Assembly: GCF_021869535.1 (NCBI RefSeq)
Contig: NW_026262672.1
Coordinates: 1,612,001 to 1,676,000, forward strand
Reading direction: 5' to 3'
Source: Mytilus californianus
Taxonomy: Eukaryota
DNA length: 64,000 nt
This document shows positions 13,612 to 23,300 of the stretch, in pieces. A program made the position numbers and the translations under genes. The notes beneath the pieces were generated by a model that ran no database searches, was not told the origin of the DNA, and saw nothing but the letters and a program-made list of their open reading frames with translations. Each line of letters begins with the position of its first letter. Position 1 is the stretch's first letter.

Positions 13612-13938
13612 ATGGATTTAGAAACAGACTCGGGATGTTACTTTTCAGACATCCTCCGTTTCAAACCAGCCCATCTGAATATGATGTATTTCACAAATAG
13701 AATGCAAACATATACAAATTGGCCGGAACAGATTAAACAAAAGCCAGAAGATCTAGCTCATAATGGTTTTTTTTACACCGATATAGGAGATAGAGTGACA
13801 TGTTTTTATTGTGACATTACTCTAAAAAAGTGGACTAAAGAAGACGATATCGAAACAGAACATATAAAATGGGATCCAAATTGTTTGTTTGCAAAGATGG
13901 TATCTAGTAAAACCTTGTCCAACATACTTATGAAATAA
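13612..13938 (+). CDS. Single-BIR-domain inhibitor-of-apoptosis-like protein (108 aa)
   Basis: BIR signature R..TY..WP...LA..GFFY...GDRVTCFYC-x16-H-x6-C (CFYC...EH...PNC). No RING domain. Confidence 0.92.
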   Translation: MDLETDSGCYFSDILRFKPAHLNMMYFTNRMQTYTNWPEQIKQKPEDLAHNGFFYTDIGDRVTCFYCDITLKKWTKEDDIETEHIKWDPNCLFAKMVSSKTLSNILMK

Positions 13939-14025
13939 GAATGTTACGTAATGACTGAGATACACTATAAGAAGATCCTCGAATTCCGTTCATTTACAGA
14001 TTGATTGTTGTAGAGAGAAGACACT

Positions 14026-14430
14026 ATGGATGCAACATTTGAAAAAGCCGAGAAACTTATGCATCACACACTTAAATATTTGTATGCTAGGATGGTCTTA
14101 GACTGTTTACCGGATATTGTGAAAGAACATTGTTATGGGTGTGAAGTAAACCACCCGAGTCAGATTCAACACACTTGTTTAATGTGGACAAAAATGGAAC
14201 ATTTAGAAACTTATTTCGATATTGCTTATAAACAGATAGCGGAGAAGGACATGGTTAGGAAGATGTCCAATCAAGTGAAGCTCATGGATGTACCAGATGA
14301 CTATAAAAATGACGTTTTATCTACATTAAAGGATTGGTGCATTCTACATAAACCAAGTACCAAAAATGTGTCACACTGGTGCAAACGATTGGTGTTGTTG
14401 GAAGAAAGATTCACAAACGAATTAAATTAA
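14026..14430 (+). CDS. Uncharacterised Polinton accessory protein with C-x2-C...H-x-C cluster (134 aa)
   Basis: Clean ATG-to-stop ORF inside the element with motif HCYGCEVNHPSQIQHTCL (possible metal site). An acceptor-like ttcatttacAG lies at 13999. Confidence 0.75.
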   Translation: MDATFEKAEKLMHHTLKYLYARMVLDCLPDIVKEHCYGCEVNHPSQIQHTCLMWTKMEHLETYFDIAYKQIAEKDMVRKMSNQVKLMDVPDDYKNDVLSTLKDWCILHKPSTKNVSHWCKRLVLLEERFTNELN

Positions 14431-14484
14431 TTTAAAACACACCGATCATTAACATTGGTTATCATTTGATGTGAAACACTCATC

Positions 14485-14802
14485 ATGAACAGACGTATTT
14501 TTGAAAACTCAACCTTCCTGAAAGAACTTTACTATGATAGACCCCTAAGAAGAAAAGAATTGATTGAGGAGAGTTCCGATGATCAAATTCGAACCATTTC
14601 ACACATTGCATATAAAATTTATCATGCAACACTTATGATTAGTATAGTACATAGACGAAAACTTCGAGAGTTTCGGAACACTATTAAGTTTTTAGCCAGT
14701 GGGAGAATTAGTGTAAGCAGGAAAAGACGAGTACTGTTAGTGTATCACAAATTAATACCACTCCTGATTAAGCCTCTGTTGCATTTACTAGACGAACAAT
14801 GA
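14485..14802 (+). CDS. Small basic helical Polinton protein (105 aa), probable paralog of 19659-19970
   Basis: ATG-to-stop ORF. Its pattern L..L...R.ELI...S..QI..I..I...I...KL...IK.LAS..S...KR..L resembles 19659-19970 by eye. Confidence 0.7.
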   Translation: MNRRIFENSTFLKELYYDRPLRRKELIEESSDDQIRTISHIAYKIYHATLMISIVHRRKLREFRNTIKFLASGRISVSRKRRVLLVYHKLIPLLIKPLLHLLDEQ

Positions 14803-15049
14803 GATGCTTGAACTGTTTCTAATGATATTTCAATAAAAGTTAGTTACTTGTATTTTGTTTTTTGTCTCTTTATTATATTTTCACAAAGTGCATATTGGTT
14901 AGGTATCTCAATTGAAGAAAGTGTCAGTAAAATTTAAATTCCTTCTCGCTTTCAAAACTTTACTTCAGTAGAGATACCAAACCAAGACTATCAGCCTTAA
15001 ATACAAAGGGAACAGGTCTTACCTTTCATAGAATGAAAAAAAATCCAAG

Positions 15050-16156
15050 ATGAACACACAAGATAGAATAAATGATTTAATATCAAACACATATAAAAAC
15101 ACACATGTAGGTCCCGAAAAAATATACAGAATATTAAAATCCAAAGGAATCACTAATGTTGGACGATCCAGGATAAAAAGACTATTACGAAGTCAAGACA
15201 GTTACACTTTAAGAAAGGAACTCCGTCATTCTTTTCGTCGTGCACGTGTAATTGTATCTGGAATTGATGATCAGTGGGACATGGACCTCGCTGATATGTC
15301 AAACATTGCAAGTGAAAACGGTCAGTTTCGATACCTATTAGTCGTCGTGGATATCTTTTCAAAGTATCTGTGGATTCAGGTTCTGAAAAATAAATCAGCA
15401 AAAGTTGTAGTCGAGGCAATGAAGAAAATTTTAGCTGGTAACAGAAAATGTAAAAAGATTCGAACTGATAAAGGAAAAGAATTTAACAACAACATAATGA
15501 AATCATATCTGAAAAATGAAGGTATACAATATTTCACCACACAGAATTCAGAAACAAAGGCTAACTACGCTGAAAGAGTTATCAAGACTGTGAAAAATAT
15601 GATGTATCGATACTTCACAGAGAGGAGAAATCATAGGTACTTGGATGTACTTCAAGATATTGTTAAAGTATACAATTCTACTCCACATAGAAGCTTGAAC
15701 AATATCCAACCAAAAGACGTCAGCAAAACAAACGAAGCAGATATATGGGCATATATGTATTTAAAACCAAAGAAAATAACATCAAAAAAGCCTCGATCAT
15801 ACCACTTTAAGGCTAATGACTTCGTTCGTATTTCTTACATTTCTATGCTATTTGACCGTTCATATGATGAACATTTCACAAGAGAAATTTTTAAAGTTAG
15901 CCAAAGATTTCGAATGCAGGCTATACCGGTTTATAGAATAAAGGAGTATGATGGAACTTCCATAAAAGGATTATTTTATGAATCAGAGATGGTTAAAGTG
16001 AACAAGGATGAAGATGTTATGTGGTATGTAGAAAAAAAAATTCGAAAACGTAAGAGAAATGGACGGGTTCAGTGGTTAGTTAAGTTTGAAGGGTGGCCAA
16101 ATAAATATAATCAGTGGTTGAATGAAGAGGATATCACAGATCCAAATGACTCCTGA
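15050..16156 (+). CDS. int: Retroviral-like DDE (rve) integrase with C-terminal chromodomain (368 aa)
   Basis: Catalytic D (WDMDLADM), D (IRTDKGKEF) and E (AERVIKTVK); chromodomain WYVEK...WLVKFEGWPNKYNQW. Consistent with the 6-bp TSD. Confidence 0.96.
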   Translation: MNTQDRINDLISNTYKNTHVGPEKIYRILKSKGITNVGRSRIKRLLRSQDSYTLRKELRHSFRRARVIVSGIDDQWDMDLADMSNIASENGQFRYLLVVVDIFSKYLWIQVLKNKSAKVVVEAMKKILAGNRKCKKIRTDKGKEFNNNIMKSYLKNEGIQYFTTQNSETKANYAERVIKTVKNMMYRYFTERRNHRYLDVLQDIVKVYNSTPHRSLNNIQPKDVSKTNEADIWAYMYLKPKKITSKKPRSYHFKANDFVRISYISMLFDRSYDEHFTREIFKVSQRFRMQAIPVYRIKEYDGTSIKGLFYESEMVKVNKDEDVMWYVEKKIRKRKRNGRVQWLVKFEGWPNKYNQWLNEEDITDPNDS

Positions 16157-16158
16157 AG

Positions 16159-16578
16159 ATGAGCATCTACATAACATTCAATAGTGAAAAATCTCTGAAC
16201 TATTTTCCAAACAACAAAGCATATACTTTTTCTTCTCAACTGAATTCACCTGTGTTTTTGAATGGAAATTGGAGAGTTGCCTTAGTTGAAGCAGACATTT
16301 CAAGTAGCATATCTAAATCAGAATCCATTTACCTGTATTCTAATATTTGTGGTGAATCTATTGTCGATGGAGAACAAAAGCCACTTCTTCGAAGGTTAAG
16401 TGCAGCCTCTATGGGAAACTGGTCAAACATTTTCGAAGTTCCGCATTATGTTCCTGTAAAAATAAATGACCTCTATAATATTGATATCTATATAAATGAT
16501 GGTGACAACAATCTAGCTTCATTTTTAGATATTCCTGCAACGGTAACACTACACTTCAAATCGTTTCCATTCTTTTAA
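16159..16578 (+). CDS. Minor capsid protein (penton, single jelly-roll), short 139-aa form
   Basis: Polinton penton-like motifs: S..YFP.N....F...L...V.L.G.W.VAL.E, IYLYSNI....IVDG...PLLRR, HYVPV, VTLHF. Confidence 0.85.
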   Translation: MSIYITFNSEKSLNYFPNNKAYTFSSQLNSPVFLNGNWRVALVEADISSSISKSESIYLYSNICGESIVDGEQKPLLRRLSAASMGNWSNIFEVPHYVPVKINDLYNIDIYINDGDNNLASFLDIPATVTLHFKSFPFF

Positions 16579-16580
16579 AA

Positions 16581-17060
16581 ATGAACAAGATGTATGTGCC
16601 AAATGTAGGAAGCTGGATTAATTATTATGAGAAGCTAGACAGAAAAGGTCATCACAATACTAACAAAGGTCAAAAACAAATCGGAGGTGGGTCTCTAACT
16701 GGAACCTCAAGGTCATCCATTACACCAATCGGCATACCAACCAAAACTCCTTCTGGTGAGAAAGTAAAAATTCAACTTGTCTCCCCCGTCCATCAAACGG
16801 ATGAAATGGCCAAGGACATGGTTGAAAGAGAGAAAAAGACATTAAAAAGAAAGCCATCTAGTTATGATGCCAATTCTTCCAAAAGACGTCGAACGAACGA
16901 GACCTCCAAAAAGCCCAGTAAAACCACCAAAAAGTTGACTAAGCACAAAAAGTCAAGAAAGACAACCAAAGCATCAAACAAGAAGAGACATACGAAGAAA
17001 AAAACCAACAAGAAAAAACTGCAAAGCTCTGTGAAAACCTTCAAAGACATATTCAAGTAA
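16581..17060 (+). CDS. Basic K/R-rich core/DNA-condensing protein (pVII-like), 159 aa
   Basis: Lies between penton and MCP, has a very basic C-terminal half, and contains QIGGG, matching the adenain consensus (M/I/L)xGG. Confidence 0.7.
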   Translation: MNKMYVPNVGSWINYYEKLDRKGHHNTNKGQKQIGGGSLTGTSRSSITPIGIPTKTPSGEKVKIQLVSPVHQTDEMAKDMVEREKKTLKRKPSSYDANSSKRRRTNETSKKPSKTTKKLTKHKKSRKTTKASNKKRHTKKKTNKKKLQSSVKTFKDIFK

Positions 17061-18383
17061 ATGGCTGCTTTATCGTTAGATGGGTTCCAAGAAGCTCAGC
17101 CAAGTGGTTTGGATCTGTTTTCATTACCACCAACACAGACAGCGATTGATTCAGTGTATTATGATGAGCATAGGTCAACAGCACAGCTAACTGGAACTGC
17201 GCCAGTAGAATTTAACATTGCAGCCCAAAATTCACTGGAGTATATAGATTTGAGAAAAACAAAATTATATGTAAAAGCGAGAATAAAACATATCAATGGA
17301 GACAGTCTAAAACCTACTGAGTATGTTGGTCCAGTTAACAATTTTCTACATTCTATGTTCTCACAGATTGATATAACATTACAAAATAAGTTGGTGACAT
17401 CAACTACCACACATTATCCATACAAGGCAATGATACAAACTCTTTTATCTTTTGGATCTGAAGCAAAAAAATCTCAGCTGACTAGCCAGTTATGGAAAAA
17501 AGATCAACCAGGACATTTTGATGATAGTGATGTAGAAAATGGTGGCAATTCTTCCTTATTCGATCGCGCACAGTATTTTACTCAAAGTCAAGTGTGTGAT
17601 TTAGAAGGTCCGTTATTTCATGATTTATGTAGTCTGGACAGATACATGCTGAATCAAGTAGCTATTAATGTTAAACTTTACCGTTCAAGACCTGAGTTTG
17701 CTTTGATGACAAGTGAAAAAGATCCAAATTTTCAAGTCATCATCGATGACATAGTGTTAAAAGTGTGCAAAATACGTTTAAACCCTGCTGTCATTATGGC
17801 ACATGCGCAGAAACTACAAACAACAAATGCTAGATATCCCTATACCAGAACAGAAGTGCGCCTTATTTCTATACCTGCTGGGAGTCTTAGTTTCAATTAC
17901 AATAATTTGTTCAACGGGCTCCGACCGACTCGTTGCGTTATAGCTTTTACAGAGTCCGCTAGTTCTAGTGGTTCATATACGTTATATCCATTCAACTTTC
18001 AACATTTCAACCTTAGTCAAATAACGCTCAAACTGAACCAAGTTCCTGTAGGTGGGAATATTATGCAGTTAAACTATGGAGCCACGAGTCGAACTATACT
18101 ACCTGCTTTTAATAGTATGTTTGAAGTGACTAACAAGTGGATGAGAGACAGTGGAAATCAGTTGAGTAGAAATGATATAGTAGGAGGAAATGCTTTATAT
18201 TGTTTTGAAATAGAACCAAATTTCAGCGACGAGGGACAGTACTTAAACTTAGTGAAACAAGGAACTTGTTCTCTAGAAGTCAATTTCAATGCACCACTGC
18301 CGAAAGCGTCCACGTGTGTTGTGTATGCAGAGTTTCCAGCTTATTTTGAAATAAATTTAGAAAGAAACATCATTTTAGAATGA
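17061..18383 (+). CDS. Major capsid protein (double jelly-roll, Polinton PY/hexon-like), 440 aa
   Basis: Polinton MCP motifs LDLFSLPPTQTAI, YIDLRKTKLYVK, PVNNFLHSMFSQIDI, YPYKAMIQTLL, LEGPLFHDL, ARYPY, YPFNFQHF. Confidence 0.93.
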   Translation: MAALSLDGFQEAQPSGLDLFSLPPTQTAIDSVYYDEHRSTAQLTGTAPVEFNIAAQNSLEYIDLRKTKLYVKARIKHINGDSLKPTEYVGPVNNFLHSMFSQIDITLQNKLVTSTTTHYPYKAMIQTLLSFGSEAKKSQLTSQLWKKDQPGHFDDSDVENGGNSSLFDRAQYFTQSQVCDLEGPLFHDLCSLDRYMLNQVAINVKLYRSRPEFALMTSEKDPNFQVIIDDIVLKVCKIRLNPAVIMAHAQKLQTTNARYPYTRTEVRLISIPAGSLSFNYNNLFNGLRPTRCVIAFTESASSSGSYTLYPFNFQHFNLSQITLKLNQVPVGGNIMQLNYGATSRTILPAFNSMFEVTNKWMRDSGNQLSRNDIVGGNALYCFEIEPNFSDEGQYLNLVKQGTCSLEVNFNAPLPKASTCVVYAEFPAYFEINLERNIILE

Positions 18384-18892
18384 ATACTTACCAGCTCAAG
18401 TGTGCCATTGTTTCAGACGTTGACTTACAACGATCTGTTCTTGGTGTATTCTCATCTGATGAACTGTCTCAAGTTCACCTACTACCAGGAATGGGTGTGA
18501 TAGCCAATACAGATGTCGCAGGCTTACCAGGAAGACATTGGGTAGCATTTTTCTGTAATAGAAAGAACAGTCTTGAAGTATTTGACTCTTTTGGGTATTC
18601 AGAAAAAGAACTCACTGTTTATTTTAACAAATTCATGCGGAATTATGCATACATACAATCAAACGAGAAAAGACTACAAGGTGATGACACAGTTGTGTGT
18701 GGACAATATTGTTTGTTTTATTTAATGTGTCGTGTGAGAGGATTTACCATGCAACAGATAACAGATGTGTTTTCAGAAGACTATCAATTGAATGACAATT
18801 TTGTGTACAGTTTTATAGACAATCGGTTTCATTGCTGTGTGAACAATGTGTGTAATGTTGTGAATCAATCTTGTATCAAAATAAAAAATTAA
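18380..18892 (+). CDS. Adenain-like cysteine protease (170 aa)
   Basis: Catalytic H (NTD..GLPGRHW), D (FDSFG) and Q/C (LQ.....CGQYC). The start overlaps the MCP stop (ATGA). Confidence 0.93.
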   Translation: MNTYQLKCAIVSDVDLQRSVLGVFSSDELSQVHLLPGMGVIANTDVAGLPGRHWVAFFCNRKNSLEVFDSFGYSEKELTVYFNKFMRNYAYIQSNEKRLQGDDTVVCGQYCLFYLMCRVRGFTMQQITDVFSEDYQLNDNFVYSFIDNRFHCCVNNVCNVVNQSCIKIKN

Positions 18893-18990
18893 TGCTTATA
18901 TGTTATTGTTGGTGTTGTTGTTGCCTCTCTTTTTTTTTACATATAAAACAGTTTGTCTCTCAGCTATTTTTATTATTTCACTTGAACAGT

Positions 18991-19662
18991 ATGGTTGACT
19001 GGTGGGAGAAGGAAAGTTTGCTCAAATTTCAGAGTCCAACATCAATATTCATTGTTGGTCCGTCAAATTCAGGAAAAACAATGTATACCAAAAACCTTCT
19101 TGAAAATGCAGATGGTATGTTTCAAGTACCACCGTCGAAGATATTTTACTGTTACAGTATTTGGCAGTCAGTTTTCGATGAAATGAAATCAGCAATACCA
19201 AACATTGAATTTTTTCAAGGTTTCCCCCATATGGATGTTTTATCAGAATGGGGGACTTTACAAGGGCATAAGGTTCTTGTTTTAGATGACCTGATGGTGG
19301 AATCTGCAGATAGTAAAGAACTGGTTCATCTCTTAACTGTAGGAATTCACCATAATTCAATCACTTTGATTCAGATTCTACATAACTTGTATTGTAAAGG
19401 TAAAGCCATGAGAACAGCCTCCCTCAATTGCCATTACTTTGTTTTATTTCGGAATTATAGAGATCAGTTACAAATTCAAACTCTTGGTAGGCAGATTTTT
19501 CCCGGACAGTCTAAATACTTTTTAGATGCATACAAGAAGGCGACATCTGTAGCCTATCGCCCATTAATTATTGATTTAAATCCACATACAGACAAAACAT
19601 ATCAGTTGACAACAGATCGTGGAGTTGGACAGACACCTATCGTATATCACTCTGCAGAATGA
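18991..19662 (+). CDS. A32/FtsK-like genome-packaging ATPase (223 aa from M at 18991)
   Basis: Walker A GPSNSGKT, Walker B VLVLDDLM, and downstream HHNSIT / RTASLNCHY / RDQLQI motifs. The ORF-track start at 18871 is non-ATG and low-complexity. Confidence 0.94.
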   Translation: MVDWWEKESLLKFQSPTSIFIVGPSNSGKTMYTKNLLENADGMFQVPPSKIFYCYSIWQSVFDEMKSAIPNIEFFQGFPHMDVLSEWGTLQGHKVLVLDDLMVESADSKELVHLLTVGIHHNSITLIQILHNLYCKGKAMRTASLNCHYFVLFRNYRDQLQIQTLGRQIFPGQSKYFLDAYKKATSVAYRPLIIDLNPHTDKTYQLTTDRGVGQTPIVYHSAE

Positions 19663-19970
19663 AGGACTATTTAGCACATTTTCTTTTGAATGCTACTGCA
19701 AAACAAATTTCTCAAGCGATTAAATCACTAAGCAAGGAACAGTTGGAATGGTTGGTTGAAATAATATACAATGTGATGCAAGGAGTTTGCCCCATTTCAA
19801 GTGTTGATAAAACTTTGCTGACCAAGAAAAAGAAGCTCATACGTAAAATTGTTTCCAAAGGAGCAGCATATAAACAGAGAAAATTATATTTATTAAAAAT
19901 AAGAGGACTGCTTCCTAGTTTCCTAAAGACATATCTCCGTTATGTCTCGCGAACTGATTCTGATTCCTAA
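19659..19970 (+). CDS. Small basic helical Polinton protein (103 aa)
   Basis: ATG overlaps the ATPase stop. Motif QL..LVEI.YN...G..P....K..L.K.K..IRK resembles a small ORF commonly found next to the ATPase in Polintons. Confidence 0.8.
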   Translation: MKDYLAHFLLNATAKQISQAIKSLSKEQLEWLVEIIYNVMQGVCPISSVDKTLLTKKKKLIRKIVSKGAAYKQRKLYLLKIRGLLPSFLKTYLRYVSRTDSDS

Positions 19971-20250
19971 ACTGAGGTATGAACAATTAAAAAATCCAGA
20001 GACATTGCCGGAAAAAAGAGAAAATCGAGATCAAGATCAGCCGAAAGATAAACCAGAAAATATCGATGACTTGGAAAGTAAACAGTTAGTAGAGGACTTT
20101 CAACCTGAAAAATTGAAGAAGTCAAACAAAAAGAGAAAAATTACACAACACGAGGAAAGTAAACCATATATCGCTATGTCCCTTAAAACAATGCTGCAAG
20201 AGAAAAGTAAACAAAAACCAAAGATGAAATGGTTATCGTTTCGAATTTAG
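19942..20250 (+). CDS. Charged hypothetical Polinton protein (102 aa)
   Basis: Overlaps the previous ORF. Starts M.RELILIP..RYEQL and ends KW..F, a pattern I recall from Polinton ORFs at this position. Confidence 0.7.
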   Translation: MSRELILIPKLRYEQLKNPETLPEKRENRDQDQPKDKPENIDDLESKQLVEDFQPEKLKKSNKKRKITQHEESKPYIAMSLKTMLQEKSKQKPKMKWLSFRI

Positions 20251-20281
20251 ATGTCATGTGACATCGTCACGTGTATTTAAA
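20250..20281 (+). promoter_or_regulatory. Candidate polB promoter: palindrome GATGTCATGTGACATC, E-box GTCACGTG, TATA-like TATTTAAA
   Basis: Motifs read directly at 20250-20265, 20266-20273 and 20274-20281, about 47 nt upstream of the ATG at 20328. Confidence 0.5.
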
Positions 20282-20327
20282 TTGAGGAAATTAGGTAGCT
20301 GTTATCATTTTGTGTAAAGTGAAAAGC

Positions 20328-23300
20328 ATGGCTCACCGCGGTGTTCATACCAATGATTTACATTTTAACGAATCTGATGATGGTATGTTGGTGAAGGCAG
20401 CCATAGAGGTTGAGAATAAACTCAAACGTAAGAAATCATGTGCTGAAAATGTTGATGTCAAAAGACCAAAGTTAAATTGTGATATTTGTGATAAAACTTT
20501 CAAATACAACAGAAATTTGAACAGACATATGAATTCACATTTTAACAGAATTCAGTGTTTAGCGTGTGGGAAATCGTTTACGCAAAAACATAATTTAGTC
20601 AAACATGGTAATAAGTGTTCTGGACAGCGCACAATAAACAAACGAGATAAACAATTATCTAAGCAACTTACATGTAGACACTGTGATGTCTCCTTTGATG
20701 ATGTTGATTCTTTATTCACCCATGTTGCCAACCATCATCCGTTAAACCAAACAGGAGGTAGAATGCCTAAAACGGAGGAGCCAGTTGTCAGTCAGATAAA
20801 ACGTAAACGGTTTCGTTTTAAGAAAAGCGCCATTAACAAATCAGTGAATCGTGTAGACCTTATGCCTATTGGTGATGAAAAATATGATTTATTACGTTTT
20901 TTGGCTAATACGAAAACTGATGTTGAAGAAATAATAGTATCTCAGCAAAAGAAACAAAAAAATGTCAAATGGTATGTAAATGCTCGAGTGAAGATGGTTC
21001 GAGATATTGATGATGGACAACAAGAAAAGGCACACCCACATTTCCGCAGCAAAAGTTACATATCTCTTCAGAATGAGAGTAATGATCATAATTTAAATGA
21101 AGCTTTCCAAACGATTAACAGAGTAATGGAAGAATTTATCAACAAGGGATCTAACTGGATATTGAATAAAGTTATATGCCTCGAAGTACATACTTTACCA
21201 TACTCACCCATAGCTGGTTCAAATTATATGGAATTACCATACAAAATTAAGGCCACTGGTGGAATTATCAACATTAGAAATGATGACCAAAAGTGTTTCC
21301 TATGGTCTGTACTGGCAGCCCTACATCCGATGGAATATAATCCATATCGGAAGTCACATTATACGGCACACGAAAATGAATTGAACATGAACGATATTGA
21401 ATATCCTGTGTCTTTAACAAAAATGGAGAAATTTGAGAAACAAAACAATATTTCAATCAATGTTTTTGGCTTTGAAAACGAAGAAGTGTTCCCACTATAT
21501 TTAACAAAGTTAGAAAATGTAGATAGGGAGATCGATTTATTGTATTTATCACAGAACGGGGAAACTCACTACTGTTGGATCAAAAATTTAGATCGTTTCC
21601 TTGGATCAATGACTAAATTTCACACCAAACGGTTTTACTGTAGAAGATGTCTTCACGGATTCATAAGACAAGACTTATTAAATGAACACAGACTATATTG
21701 TAATAAGTTTGATTTTCAAAAAGTGACTTATCCAAAAGAAGGAGAAGCCATTTTAGAATTTAGAGACTTTCATAAACAAATGCGTGTTCCTTTTGTCATC
21801 TATGCAGACTTTGAATGCTTTGCAAAAAAGATGGATACTTGTCAACCAGACCCAAATCAATCGTCAACAACACATAAAACAAAATTTGTTCCATGTGGTT
21901 ACTCCTACGTTGTGGTCAGTTCAAATGATAGATATTCCAAGCCAGCCGTTGTATACAGAGGAGAGAACGCAGTCGAACACTTTTTTGAAAATATATTTAC
22001 AGAGGAAGAATACATAGATGATATATTGAGGAACATTTATGAGGAGTTAATTATGAGTGTGGAAACCGAAACGCAATTTCAAAATGCTACAAACTGTTAT
22101 GTATGCAATCAACCATTTTCAGGCAAAATAATCAAAGTTCGTGACCACGACCATTTAGGTATAAACGAAGATAACGAATCACCAAAGTATAGCAATTACA
22201 GAGGGGCAGCCTGTCAGAGATGCAACTTGATGTTGAAAAATCCAAATTTCATTCCGGTCTATTTTCATAATTTGCGGAACTTTGATGCACACCTTTTGCT
22301 GTCGGAAGCTGGTAAATTCAAGGACAAAAAATTAACATGTATACCAAACAATATGGAGAAATATGTGTCCTTTTCTGTTGGACAACTGAGGTTTTTAGAC
22401 ACATACCAGTGCATGAGTAGCTCTTTGGAGACGTTAATTGCTAATTTAGCGGCAGACGGTTTTAAAAATTTCAAACAATTTCGAAAAGCTTTCCCCAATG
22501 ACGAACACGCTAAACTTTTGCTACAGAAAAACGAATACTGTTATGATTATGTGAATTGTTCTGAAAGATTTGAAGAGACAGCTCTCCCTTCAAAAGCAGC
22601 TTTTTATAATTCCTTAACCAAAGAAGCTATTTCTGATGAAAAGTATGAACACGCTCAAAAGGTCTGGAACACGTTCAATATGAAAACCTTAGGGGATTTT
22701 CACAATTTGTATGTATTAACAGATACGCTACTCTTAGCAGATGTTTTCGAACGATTCCGTGACATGACTCTTAAATATTACAAGTTGGATGCTAGTCACT
22801 TTTTCACGAGTCCAGGTTTAGCATGGCAAGCAGCATTGAAAATGAGCGGTGTCTGCCTGGATTTAATAACTGATCCCCTCATGTACAACATGATAGAGCT
22901 TGGAACACGAGGTGGGGTCAGTATGGTTACCAAAAAATACAGTCGAGCTAATCATCAATATGTTGACGACTTTAATGAATCAGATGTGAAAAAACACATC
23001 ATGTATCTAGATGCTAACAATTTGTACGGTTGGGCAATGTCTCAACCATTGCCTTCTGGTTTTTTCCATTTTTTAAATGAAGATGAAATTAGTCATTTTG
23101 AGTTACAGAAAGTCGAGTCAGACGCAAAAGAAGGCTACATTTTAGAAGTAGACATAGAATATCCTGAACATCTCCACAACAAACATAACGATTATCCTCT
23201 GGCACCCGAACATCTACTCATTGAAGACAAAGATCTATCGAAATACAGTACTGATTTATGGGGAAAGTTAAATTCTGTGAAGAATGCAAATGGTGTGGAA

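Noticed and set aside
18871-18990. N-terminal extension of the ATPase (Cys/Leu/Phe-rich)
   Set aside because: Non-ATG start and T-rich low-complexity spacer that looks like an acceptor tract; the ATG at 18991 gives a normal-sized ATPase.
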